This document shows positions 1 to 13,139 of a stretch of DNA of 64,000 nucleotides, piece by piece. The stretch spans positions 54,374,001 through 54,438,000 of the forward strand of contig OX597820.1 in NCBI GenBank assembly GCA_951406725.2, written 5' to 3'. The stretch is from Octopus vulgaris. Its lineage: Eukaryota. The stretch's first letter is position 1, and the number at the start of each line of letters is the position of its first letter. The notes under the pieces are model-generated. The model was not told the DNA's origin and ran no database searches. It was given only the letters and a program-made list of their open reading frames with translations. A program made the position numbers and the translations under genes.

Positions 1-561
1 ACTACATCGATGAAGATGGTCGCGGCGTTTTGGTGCGTTGATGCGTGTATGACGCGTGAATGTTTGTATGTTTGTGAAACGACACAGAGACGCAGTAGAG
101 AGACTGGGTTACTATTTATGACCTATGGTTCTAACAGAATACTTTGTCCACTATTAACATTCATTTACCTTACCCCATTATTTTATTTTATTTCTATAGC
201 TGTATAGACGTGTAACGTGTTTTCCGCCTGGATTAATCTGCACCATTTACAATTAGTGTAATTAATCTCTAGCCTTCAATGACCTCATTAGTAAGGTTCA
301 AAAACTATTTCGTGAGAAAAGTGTTCAGACTTTTAAATCGTTTCGGTCATTAAAACATATAATTATTATTTGTTTAGAGAAACTATAAGAAAATCATTAT
401 CAATGAAAACACAGCCCGCACTATAATTATTATCTCCTTTTTGTCAGTATTAATGAATGCAAGATATATATATACATGTATGTATGTATATAGATATAAA
501 TATATGCATACACACACACATACATACTTACATACATACATACACACATACATACGTACAT

Positions 562-596
<35 letters not shown>

Positions 597-1278
597 TACA
601 TACATACATACATACATACATACATACATACATACATACATACATTCTTGTATGCATGAATACACGCATACGTACATACTCGCATGCTTAATAAATATGT
701 TTGTATGCATGTATGTACGTAGGGAAAAAACTTCTGTTCAGACATGTTGTATTGAAAACAGGACTGTGTCCCAGTTTAATCATTTTCAATGTTTATTAAT
801 TCCTTGAAATTCATTTGTAAAAGTAAAATTCATTATCCACTTTTCTATACTTACGTAGGCTCATCTTCAGGATAAATTGATATTGGCGTGTTGTTATTAC
901 CTCTTTATACTATGCAAGGACGATGTGACTCATGTATTATTGCCGCTGGATTTTGAATTTTGACCTTTAGATTTATGTCATCAGTCAGACGTTTGCTTTT
1001 GTTTGTATTAATCGCCTCCACGACTTCAAATGTATTGGCCATACAATTACAATACATTTCCATCGACTCACTATGCATTCTCAACAAGGAGCAGTTGCAA
1101 TGTACCATGCTACACAACACAAAACAAAGCTAGATAGGAAATCATAAGTGGACAACACACGTATACAGTTCAGAACCTTCTACGTCAAAGTTCAAACTAA
1201 TTCAATATAAATAAACAATATATTGCACATTTTATATTCGTTTGCAAAATTTGTATGGATATGCATATAAGCGCATGT

Positions 1279-1359
<81 letters not shown>

Positions 1360-1805
1360 TGGGGTGGTTCTTGTTAACATTATGAGTGACCGGTATATAG
1401 ATAGACCAGGAACGGAAGACAGAGCGAAACGATTACTTTATTATCACCGAGAAGTAACTGCCTTACAAATATAGCGAAAAATACCTCCAGGATGTTCTTT
1501 CAGAAGAATATTTAGGATGCTTGAATACAAGCTAGGGGTTACATTTGTAGATAGACATACGTGAGCTTGGATTTTACTCTTTTAGTTCAGCTAAACGAGA
1601 TCCTTAGCTACTGCGAGTGCACAACGACTCAGTTGGTAATCGGTGTAGTAACTTTACACCTATGCAAATTAAACAAGCGAGAAAAGCTCGGAAACACACC
1701 ACATAAACGATCTTTATCTTTTATATATTATCTTTTACATGTTTCAATAATTGGATTACGGCCAGGCAGGGGCACCACTTTGAAGACCACTGTACTTTTT
1801 TTCAG

Positions 1806-1861
<56 letters not shown>

Positions 1862-2220
1862 CTATCCTGTGTGACCCCTCTGTCAGGCATTCGCTATGCT
1901 GGATCGCTAGCCACTACACATTCTTTATTTTCTCTCCTTGTTTCTTTCTGCGCTCCTTTCTGTGGAAGAGCGTAGGCTCGAAACGTTAAAGACTTTTTCA
2001 CTTCCCAAACTAATACATCTGTTTGTTGTCTACATCACTTGTCTTCGTCTTTTGTTTTTTTGTTTTTTTTGTGAATTCTCCCTATATATATATAAGTGAC
2101 AACGCACGAAACTCAGACCTTGAGTAATTGTTACTTCTGTTAAATAGCTAAATATTAATAAAAATATACATATACTCGTATTTTGAGTCCTATTTTTCCT
2201 GTTTGCAGCATCATACTTAT

Positions 2221-2288
<68 letters not shown>

Positions 2289-2304
2289 TTTTTCGAAATG
2301 TGAC

Positions 2305-2505
2305 TTCGTGTGTACCGTTGGCGATTTTTTCTTCTGTCTTCCCTTCTCTGGATCTTTCCTTCTCCTATGTTTCCGACTAAGAGCTCCGCTCGAAACGTTA
2401 AACCCTCCTTCTTTCCTTCTTTCCTGAGCGTCCAATAATACTATATTTGTTCCACGTTCTCGCGTTGTTGTGTTTTTTTGTATTTTCTTGTTTGGATTAA
2501 CTTTA
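2305..2505 (+). repeat. ~200-bp TA-embedded repeat with degenerate hammerhead core; inverted copy at 5621-5808, relative at ~60350-60545
   Basis: Direct sequence match between copies; CCGAC(T/G)AAGAGCTCCGCTCGAAACGTT. Confidence 0.75.
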
Positions 2506-2694
2506 TATATATATATATACATACGTTTATATATTCGTTTTGTAAGATTCTTGATGTGAATTCGTGTGTTGAAACATATATTGTTGTATTTGTCATGTTG
2601 TATTGGTCATGTTGCTAATTTAGCCAATGAAGACACACGTACTATATATTTGGTGTTCACTTGCTTCAGCTTTATTTCATATTAATTGTATTTC

Positions 2695-2739
2695 GGCCAG
2701 AGTTCTTTCGTCACACTTCTGTGACCTCATCAGTGGTCC
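2695..2739 (-). ncRNA. Minimal type I hammerhead-like motif (left arm of inverted repeat)
   Basis: GGACCA-CUGAUGA-G-GUCACA(GAAG)UGUGAC-GAAA-GAAC-UC-UGGCC. Confidence 0.68.
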
Positions 2740-2791
2740 TTTACATAATGGCAGATCGTTAGGAAGGAAAGACACAAAACAAGAAAGGAAA

Positions 2792-2836
2792 GGACCACTG
2801 ATGAGGTCACAGAAGTGTGACGAAAGAATTCTGGCC
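2792..2836 (+). ncRNA. Minimal type I hammerhead-like motif (right arm of inverted repeat)
   Basis: GGACCA-CUGAUGA-G-GUCACA(GAAG)UGUGAC-GAAA-GAAU-UC-UGGCC. Confidence 0.68.
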
Positions 2837-2943
2837 GAAATACAATTAAAATGAAATAAAGCTGAAGCAAGTGAACACCAAATATACAGTGCGTGTGTTT
2901 TCACAGGCTAAACTGACTGGACCATCCCCAAATACAACAATAC

Positions 2944-2996
<53 letters not shown>

Positions 2997-3605
2997 CGGC
3001 GGGCTTCTTTTAAGTTTCTTCTACCAAATCCACTCACAAGGTTTTGGTCAGTATGAGGCTGTTGTACAAGACACTTTCCCAAGGTGCCACGCAGTAGGAC
3101 TGAACTTGGAACCATGTGGTTGAGAAGGAAATTTCTTAACATACAGCCACGTCCGCAAATATTCCATATAACATCCAGAGTATTTTGTCAGTCAACTGCT
3201 TCTCATAACAACCTAACTCGTATAATTCTAACAAACAGGAAATAACCAAACCAGTAAATTGCCTTGATGTTAATACGGCTCTATAACCGGATGCACATCA
3301 GCACTCCTCTTAAATTCCTTTAAAACCCGCCTTGTTAACTCCCTGAAAATACTCTACTACAACTATTTAGACGCAGGGAAACTTCCTACAATGCTGCATA
3401 AAAGTAATACTACCGATACATACAGAGAGATATCGGACGCAGACATGGAGCTATACATCAGTATCGCTTATATCGTATCGTTAATACCGATACATACAGG
3501 GAGAAATAGGACACAAACAAGGAACTACAGAAACCCTGCCACTTCCAGCATATCATTCAAGTGTTCTGAAGAGAATTAAGAATTGTATACAAAAATGCAA
3601 TAACT

Positions 3606-3877
3606 TTTCTTTTACGGAATAGTGAATCTCGATGCACATAAAGCTATAAACAGTAATTGTAAATATTAGGCTGAAAAACCTTTTGCGTATAGAAGTTGAA
3701 GGCTGCCCGTGGGAATCGCAACCACATATGAAGTTACGACTGGCGTTCTACTATTAGGCCAAAGCAATCCTTCAAATTTCTCTATTCATTTCAGAAACTT
3801 TATTCTTACCCGTAAGAATTGTATGTTGTTCACTTACAGTTTTATGTGTTTCGAGATTCACTATTCCTAAAAAGAAA
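3606..3877. repeat. Element with ~45-bp inverted ends and an internal tRNA-like segment
   Basis: TTTCTTTTACGGAATAGTGAATCTCGA.../...TCGAGATTCACTATTCCTAAAAAGAAA; minus-strand A-box and B-box-like motifs at ~3700-3765. Confidence 0.55.
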
Positions 3878-5467
3878 TATTTGAAGGTCTCTCGAAAGTT
3901 TATAAATTCTTATGAAGCCAACAATAACTTTTATACAAAACCAAACAAAAATCATTTCAGCCTCCAGCACAGTTTCCGCCTCGGAAGAAACTACCTGACA
4001 AAACTCCTACGACAACATAACGCAATTCTGAACAGCTAACTGATAAGTTCACAGAGTGCCTATTGGTTTTTGCAAAAAATTTAACAAAAAAACTATGTCG
4101 CACGTTGGAAAATGTCGGTGTAACAGGAAGGATGATAACGAGATGGCCTGATTTTCTGAAATACCAAATAGTAGTGATTACAGTACCATGTGTTCCAAGT
4201 TTGCACTAAGAATTGGAGTGCAACAAGACGTAATTCTTAGGTACATTTCTATCCTCATCAAGACATTGTATATAGACAAAAATAAACAATAATCCATACT
4301 CAACAGTTTTGCAAACGACAGTAAAAATAATATATCAAGACAAAGTGAAAATAAGGTCTTGTTATGGATAATATTGTGGAGGCGCGTGGCTTAGTGGTTA
4401 GGGTGTCAGCATCATGATTGTAAGATTGTGGTTTCGATTCCAGGGCCGATCGACGCGTTGTGTTCTTGAGCAAAACACTTCATTTCACGTTGCTCCAGTC
4501 CACCCAGCTGGCAAAAATGAGAAACGCTGCGATGGATCGGCGCCCCGTCCAGCTGGGGAACACATGCGCTATAGAAACCGGGAAACAGGGCCCATGAGCC
4601 TGACTAGGATTTAACAAGGGCACCTTTTTTTCAATTTATGGATAATATTAACATGCCTTTCGATATCACAATTTTCTTCATTACGAACTGACAAAAAAAG
4701 AAATTTTTTTTCCTTGCCCTATTCAAACAGATTCTTAAAACGGAATCTGCGATCTGGTATGGCTATGTCACCGGATGTATCTTTAAATAAGTTTAAGTAC
4801 AGTCGACTGTTCCCAGGAGTTCAGTAGTCGTATACTGAGAAGTTTATGTTCAAGAAACCCCAGAATGAAATTAACTCTCTGAAAATCAGTTATCCTAACT
4901 AGATCATATTACTCATAGCTCTGTTTCTCAGTAGTCCTACCGATGGTGTAATGAATAAAACTCTTTCGTGAGGCAATTTCAGCAAAATCATTATACCGAA
5001 GTATTGACGCCTGCAGCTATCGCATTTTTGCTATCTGAACATCTCTGTGAATACTATGCTATTATTGATATACATCCATATGTACATACACGCATATATG
5101 TATGGATGTATGTATGTATTATTATATGTATGTGTGTGGGTATATATGTGTGTGTGTGTTTGTGCATGTGTGTGAGTGTGTGTGTATACAAACATACATA
5201 CACACACATACACACACGCACGCACGCACACACACACACACACACACACACGCACGCCCATATAAATGGTGTTTATTGTCTTCTTACATGTCATAACATC
5301 TTACAACTTGTAAGAAAACTAAATACCAAGGATACCTCCTCTGTAACATTGATTTTTTCTTCGTATTCGATAATCTGATAAATTGGTCGATATACATACA
5401 TATATATATGTATACACACACACACATAGATATATATACACACACACATAGATATATGTGTGTATAT

Positions 5468-5499
<32 letters not shown>

Positions 5500-5528
5500 T
5501 TGTATATATTTATATATATATTTATATG

Positions 5529-5559
<31 letters not shown>

Positions 5560-5570
5560 ATGTATGTGTG

Positions 5571-5624
<54 letters not shown>

Positions 5625-5804
5625 ATCCAAACAAGAAAACACAACAACGCGAGGAACAAATATAGTATTATTGGACGCTCAGGAAAGAAGGGAAGAAGGA
5701 GGGCTTAACGTTTCGAGCGGAGCTCTTCGTCGGAAACATAGGAGAAGGAAAGATCCAGAGAAGAGAAGACAGAGGAAAAAAATCGCCAACGGTACACACG
5801 AGGT

Positions 5805-5893
<89 letters not shown>

Positions 5894-5898
<5 letters not shown>

Positions 5899-6126
5899 GA
5901 TGTTATGTTGCCAACTTAATGTGGTAGTCCCATGAAAGGGAAGAATGTTACTGCTATTATAGCCCTAGGAAACACCGTTTCCAGTTGGCATGACACATTG
6001 AAAACATAAGGACACAGAAAATGTTTCATGGCCAACCGGAAACGGTGTTTCCTAGGACTCAATAGCAGTAAAATTTTCCCCATTCATTGGACTGCCACAT
6101 TAAGTTGGCAACATAACATCACCTTA
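5894..6126. repeat. Long inverted repeat (~100-bp arms) after (TA)n
   Basis: AAGGTGATGTTATGTTGCCAACTTAATGTGG... / ...CCACATTAAGTTGGCAACATAACATCACCTT. Confidence 0.85.
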
Positions 6127-6550
6127 TCGTGCTGCTACTGTATAAATCTCTTTGAGAGATTTAGAAATGCAATATTTCTATTTATAAATATATATATTTA
6201 TACATAATAAATCTCTGAGCGAGGTATAAACGGTAGCTACACGACATCGTGAAGTATATTTGCCACTTAAATCTTGCTAATCCTTAAGGGTTGATGCTAC
6301 AATAGCTTGCAGCTCCAGGAAGACATCTCCTCCAGCTGGCTATTAAAACATTTTCTGTGCCTCAGCAGTATTTGCAAAGGGAAATCATCCTTCTCATCTC
6401 CAGCATGGCGTGATACAAACGGACCCGGGTTTCTGAGTATTGACCCGTCATCGCCGTGTTTGTATTTATATAAACATATATATATATATATATATCAGGC
6501 TCAGGGTTTTGACTGCTGTTTCAGCATGGTGGTACCTCTCAGATACCCTA

Positions 6551-6596
<46 letters not shown>

Positions 6597-6621
6597 ATAT
6601 GTATATGTAGATATATATAGA

Positions 6622-6655
6622 CTAGCAGAGATACTCGGCGTTGCTCGGCATTAAA
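6622..6655 (-). mobile_element. Isolated Helitron 3' terminus
   Basis: ACTAGCAG...CTCGGCGTTGCTCGG matches the termini at 17997 and 42847. Confidence 0.55.
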
Positions 6656-7122
6656 AGGGTATAGTTTTTTATTCTTTTACTTGCTTCGGTCATGTAGCTG
6701 CAGTCCTGCTGGAGTATCACATTTAGTTGATGAATTGGCAACAGGATTTATTCTTTGAAAGCATAGTACTTATTATATCGGGGTGGTTTGTAAACGGCTA
6801 AGTTGTAGGGACGTAAACACAGCAACATCGGTAGTCAAGTGATGGTGAAGGTACAAACACAGACCTAGACACATGAACACACACACACTATATATGCATA
6901 TATATATATAAATGTATATATATATATATATATACATACATAATAGTATATATATACATGCATATATGTATATGCATATACATATGTATGTGTACATATA
7001 TATGTGTGTGCGTGTGTGTGTGCAATAATATATACAAGTATATATATGTATATACAAGTATATATATATATACATACAAATATATATATATATATACAAA
7101 TATATATATGGGTATATATATT

Positions 7123-7155
<33 letters not shown>

Positions 7156-7182
7156 GCAGGAATATAAATATACATATACATG

Positions 7183-7214
<32 letters not shown>

Positions 7215-7215
7215 A

Positions 7216-7297
<82 letters not shown>

Positions 7298-10200
7298 TGT
7301 TGGCATCCTTTTTGTCTCGGGAGACAATGGAGTTGCGCATAAAATAGTCTCGTCCGGCTTTTACATTTCATGTCCTGATACGTTTCCTGTCGTGACTGTG
7401 TAGTCCTATCCTGGACAAACACTCCCTCTGGCAGGTACCGCAAATGTAGCGAAGACTGTTCCTCACCATAGTTTCTTATTGACGTCTTCTCTTGTCTTTC
7501 CATTTCTCCTCTCTCTCCCTGTCACTCCCTGTCACTCCCTTGTATTCCCTCTTTTACGGTACGTCGCCAATCTCCACGGTTGCCAGCAACTGCTTCCAAA
7601 CCGCTAATATTGATGTTGCAGGCCTTCATGTCCCTTTTGCAAACATCCTTGTAACGTAATAACGGTCTACCCACAGACCTAGTACCCCTAGCAAGCTCTC
7701 CGTAGAGTATGTCCTTGGGGATTCTACCATATTTCATACGGCTAACATGCCCAAGCCATCTCATACGTCTTTGTGTGAGGAGTGCAAACATGCTTGGTAT
7801 TCCTGCTTGCTTGAGGACATCTTTGTTGGGGATATGATTCTGCCATTTGATGCGGAGGATTTTCCGGAGGCAGCGCAGGTGAAAGATGTTTAGGCGACGC
7901 TTTTGGCGTGTGTATAGCGTCCAAGTCTCACTTCCATACAGTAGAGTGCTAAGTACACATGCCTGGTAGATCTTCATTTTCGTGGTCTTGGACAGCTTAT
8001 TGTTGTCCCATGCCTGTTTGGAGAGTTGGGTCATCGCAGCAGCTGCCTTGCCAATGCGTATATTGAGCTCAGCGTCAAGGGATAGGTTGTAGGTGACGGT
8101 AGAGCCAAGATAGGTAAACTTCTCCACCTCTTGTAATCTGTGGTCTCCAATATGTATGTTTGGGATGTCCGATGTAGCTTGACCCATGATGTTGGTCTTA
8201 TTAAGGCTGATAGCTAAGCCAAAGTCGTTACATGCTTGCTCAAAACATTTAATGAGCCTTTGGAGGGCTTCTTCTGTGTGTGATACCAGAGCGGCATCAT
8301 CACCAAATAGCATCTCCTTGATCAGGACGTTTCTGATTTTGGTCTTGGCACGCAGGCGCGAGAGATTGAACAGTTTCCCGTCACTTCTACTGTGCAGAAA
8401 CACTCCATCATCTGATGTCTGAAAGGCATGTGAGAGTAAGAGCGAGAAGAAGATTCCAAATAATGTAGGAGCGAGGACACAACCTTGCTTTACCCCGTTT
8501 TTTATTTGGAAGGCGGTTGATGTTGAACAATTGTGCTGTATGGTGCCTTGCATATCATCATGGAAAGACTTGATGATCCTCAGCAGCTTTGGTGGACATC
8601 CGATTTTTTGGAGCAGGATGAAGAGGCCTGTTCTGCTTACCGAGTCAAAGGCATTTGTTAGATCAATGAAGGCCATATATAATGGCATTTTCTGCTCTCT
8701 GGACTTCTCCTGAAGTTGGCGTATGGAGAATATCATATCAATAGTTGATCTGCTTCTTCTAAAGCCACACTGTGATTCCGGATAGATTCGAGAAGCAAGT
8801 AGTTGTAGCCTGGCCAGGATAACGCGGGCAAAGGTCTTTCCAACAGTGCTTAGAAGAGATATTCCACGGTAAGTGTTACAATCACCACGGTCGCCTTTGT
8901 TTTTGTAAAGCGTAATGATGTTAGCATCCCGCATATCCTGAGGGACTGTACCCTCTTCCCAGCACTGACACAGAGGCTCATGAAGGTGCCGGCTTTGATG
9001 ATCTCTGAGGGGATGCCGTCTTTTCCCGGAGCCTTGTTTCTTGCTAGGGAGTCAATAGCCTTGGTGAGCTCTGCTATAGATGGCGGACTGTCAAGTTCGC
9101 ACATGACTGGCAAGATTTTGACACCCTCGATTGCAGCCTCAGCTACCGTGGTCTCTCGTGAGTTGAGATCCTGGTAGTACTCCACCCATCTATCAATTTG
9201 CTTGCTTTGATCCCTGATGAGATCTCCAGTAGTTGATTTCAGAGGGGCTGACTTGGTTGCGGATGGACCGAGGGCCTTCTTCAAACCGACATACATCCCA
9301 TGGGTGTCGTCCCCATGCACAGCGTCTGGCTGTCAGTTGGGTTTTATTTCTTGCTTTTCTGAGTTCTTCGAGTGACTTTGTAGAAGAATCACTCTTGAAT
9401 TGCATCAGAGCTGCACGCTTTGCTTCGATAACTGGCTCCAACTCTGAGAGCCCAGCATTGAACCAATCTGGGTTTTGCCTTTCTCTCATGCCGAAAGTAT
9501 CTATTGATGTCGTATACAAAGCTTCCCTGATATAGTTCCACCTACTTTCAGCAGAGGAGGTTGGGCAGCTACTGAGGGCAACCTTGATAGAAGCAGCAAA
9601 ACATTTTCGCAATGTAGAGTCCGAGGTTCTGGCAGTGTTAATGCGCGATCGGCCCACTTTCTTGGAGCGATGGACTTTTTTAGGCAGAATCCTCACCCTA
9701 CTTCTAATTAGTGAGTGGTCTATGTCACAATCCGCGCTGTGGTAACTGCGGGTCAATAGAATAGAATTCAGAAAGGATCTCCGTATAATGATGAGATCCA
9801 GCTGATGCTAGTGGTGAGATCTTGGATGTCTCCAAGATGCCTTGTGGGATGGCTTGTTGGTAAAGAATGTGTTTGTGATGCACAGGTTATGATATGTGCA
9901 GATTTCGAGCAGTCTCTGACCATTGTCATTCATGTTGCCAATACCAAAGTGTCCAACACAAATGGGCCACGAATCATGGTCAGATCCCACGCGAGCGTTA
10001 AAATCCACTAGAAGGTAGATATTTTCAGTTGTTGGTATACTTTCTATGACACAGTTGAGATCTTTGTAGAACTGGTCCTTGGCCTCCTCTGAGCTGTAGA
10101 GAGTGGGAGCATAGATGCTGAGTAGATGTACTGAACCAGAAGAAGTCGAGAGGCGCAGTGAGAGGATACGCTCAATGCCTCCTGATGGTGGTTCTATTGA

Positions 10201-11100
10201 GGAGAGCAATGAGTTTCTCACTGCAAAGCCAACGCCATGCTGACGAGGTTCTTCTGGATCGCTTCCCTGCCAAAAGAAGGTGAAATCCTGTTCTTTGAGT
10301 TTGCCGTTTGAGGGAAGTCTTGTCTCCTGTAGCCCAGCAATGTCTATGTTGAACCTCTTTAGTTCACGGTCAATGATGGCCGTTTTCCTTGTCTTCAACC
10401 CTGAGTAAATCATCAGATATTCCAGGGCACATGGTCCTGACATTCCAGCTTGCCAACCGCAGGACTGGTGGTTTCTTGTCTTTTAGTTGTTTGCCTGGTG
10501 CAGAGGTTGCAGGCCGCTTTTCAAGTCATACTCTTAGCTACAAGCACCCAACGAAGCAGGCGGCCTGTGGCGGGTCAGCACCATATTAACTGGGGGCTGC
10601 CCAGCTTGAGGTGGGCAGTAGCTAACCAATAGGACACAGAGGTCCCTCCCACCGTCAGAGGTAACCCGTAGCGCCCATATTTTACGCCAATCTGAATGGA
10701 CTTATCACTCGTGACTGTTACCTCCCGTGTTGTTTCTGCAGCTTTTTACTGCAGCACTGAAGTGTCCTCTCCAGTTTTGCGCAGGCCTGGGCTAGAGATA
10801 AGAAAGTCCTGGGTAGCCCAATCGTCAGGTTTCCTCTCTCGACCTTGCTGATGTAGTCCAAAGGAGTGCAGAGCATTACGTTTGGCGCCAGCTTGGTTGC
10901 AGGAGCTGCCGGAAGAGTGTCGAGTCGAACACTAAACAGCCTTCGGGGCTCCACTCCGGATTTCTCTGAAGGTTGTCTCCTTTCCGTAACCCTGGATAGG
11001 GGCCTATACCGGGTACTGTTAGCCGGAGCCAGCTGAGCCCGGAACCCGTGTCAGGCAGGGTCGTCACTCCCTCAAGTAGTGAAGAAGTTCGCTACCTACT
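7298..11100 (-). mobile_element. Near full-length, decayed RTE-clade LINE
   Basis: ~600-nt 5' UTR; APE start LRLASWNVRTM at ~10465; ORF pieces 9808-10443, 9193-9756, 8850-9320 and 7522-8934; C-terminal C2H2 ICGTCQRECLSRIGLHSH at ~7385-7445; 3' end ...GTCTCCCGAGACAAAAAGGATGCCAACA; flanked by TA/CA microsatellites. Confidence 0.93.
7380..10500 (-). pseudogene. RTE APE-RT polyprotein, frameshifted
   Basis: GLQETR, SIYAPT, DFNARVG, YRGISLL, FIDLTNAFDSV, GVKQGCVLAP, LFGDD (FADD altered); at least 4 frameshifts or stops. Confidence 0.92.
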
Positions 11101-11188
<88 letters not shown>

Positions 11189-11382
11189 CCGCTGAACCAC
11201 AAAGAAAAAATCATTTTAATTCCACGTTGCCCTTCCTTCCCCCACCACAGCCAACCTCCCACACTGTCCCTTAAAAAAGCAAACATTCCTTAGCTACACA
11301 CAAAACAGAAAAAAATGCCAAAAAGACAGGTCAGTTCCTCTCCAATTTTTTGTAAATTCTTAAATATATCAAATATATCTTC

Positions 11383-11509
<127 letters not shown>

Positions 11510-11830
11510 CTACCAAACAAGCATGACTTTTATTGAACTCCTAATACTATTTGTTGAATACTTTCTTAAATACTTTCTTGTAAACTGTTTTTGATATTTT
11601 CTTATTATTATCAAAGAATGTATATATGTATTTTAATACTTTTGTGAAAACCAGTACAACCAGTGCTTAGCCCAACAAAGCTTATACAAAGCTTTACAGT
11701 TTACTTTTGACAATCTTTTTTCTAAAAAAGGGAAACCGGCCAAGTGAATAAACATCTTTAAAATTGCATTTTCAAACCTTCTTTCATATATATTACCAAT
11801 CGTGCTGTATCATACAACTTTATACACGCA

Positions 11831-11897
<67 letters not shown>

Positions 11898-12578
11898 AAC
11901 GTGTATATAAAAACATATGTATATACATAATATATGCATGTATATATACATATATATCTATTCTATGTATGTATATATACATATATTTATATCTATATAT
12001 GTATATATATATATACATATATATATACATATACATATATATATACATATACTTATATTTATATATATATGTATACCTATATATACATATATATATAAGC
12101 ATATATATATATGTATATATATGCATAATCATATATATGCATATATACATATTTATACATATATATACATATATATGTATATTTACAAATATATATATAT
12201 ACATGTAAATATATATGCATATATATGTATATATACATGTAATATGCATTGTTGAAGTTTTGTAGTACACTTATTCCAAGAGCACATGTTAAATTTTATG
12301 CATCTTTCAAGAAAAGTGGATGTATTTGTGCTTTCAAAGGGGCTCTGTCCTGTGTTATAAACCCCATTAGGGGGTTTAAATATTATTGTAAGATGGGGAA
12401 ATTTTGGAACTCGTCTTTATTTATTACTTTGTCGTTATGTTGTTATTTTCATTGAAATCACCATGGCTGTTCCGCATGGAACTACATTACTCCAGCTTGT
12501 TAACGGCACAACCGATATAATGTGTTCAATATGTTGCGATCAGGGGAGTGAACCCCTACCATCTAGCGGTGACTAGAT

Positions 12579-12623
12579 CAGTATAACGGCGTGGTTTCAG
12601 GATTTTTCCCTTCCTCAGTACTG
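12579..12623 (-). ncRNA. Type I hammerhead-like motif
   Basis: CAGUA-CUGAGGA-AGGG(AAAAA)UCCU-GAAAC-CACGCC-GUUA-UACUG; stems I and II pair, stem III is imperfect. Confidence 0.6.
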
Positions 12624-13139
12624 GACACTTGTCTACTAGAGATGGCAGTCGTTCATCCGAGCACACAACATGTAGAAAAAGAAGTGACATTCAACCGCTG
12701 ATTTTGCAACAAGCAAAGTAGCTAGTACTAAAATCTCAATAAGAGATGTAAATACATATATATATAACCTTAATTATAGGTCTACTCGATCAAATATTGT
12801 GCTCGGCGCTCTGTCGGTTACGACGAATGCTCCAGTTTATCCGATCAGTGGAACAGTTCGTTCGTGAAATTAATGTGAAAGTAGCCAAACAGTCCGCAGA
12901 CATGCGTACTCAGCACGTCACAAGGCTGTCCCTTTGAAATACAGGTGCAATGCATTTTTGCCAGCTTAGTGGACTGGAGCAATGTGCAATAAAGTGTCTC
13001 ACTCAAGAACACAATGCACCGTCAGGAATCGAGCTCACGACCTTACGAAGGTGAGCCGAATACCCCTAAACACTGATCCACGCGCCTTCACATCTCAAAT
13101 ATCATGAGGAGTAAACAAGAATAACCTGCAACGTGTAAC

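Larger units (their letters stand above)
2574..2946. repeat. Long inverted repeat (arms ~120-170 bp) between TA/CA tracts; Penelope pLTR-like
   Basis: 2627-2742 is the reverse complement of 2789-2904, with looser extension outward; each arm carries a hammerhead motif. Confidence 0.85.

Noticed and set aside
845-990. CTGAAGA and CTGATGA on the minus strand as hammerhead cores
   Set aside because: No stem II or properly placed GAAA; the same applies to hits at ~9214, ~46970 and ~60064.
853-1130. Minus-strand exon (acceptor ~1130, donor C|GTAAGT ~853)
   Set aside because: All three frames contain stops; at most a non-coding exon, which cannot be supported without RNA data.
10980-11100. HDV-like ribozyme at the RTE 5' end (GCTAAC after a GC hairpin)
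   Set aside because: I could not assemble P1, P2, P3 or an L3 motif by hand; it needs a descriptor search on the family consensus.
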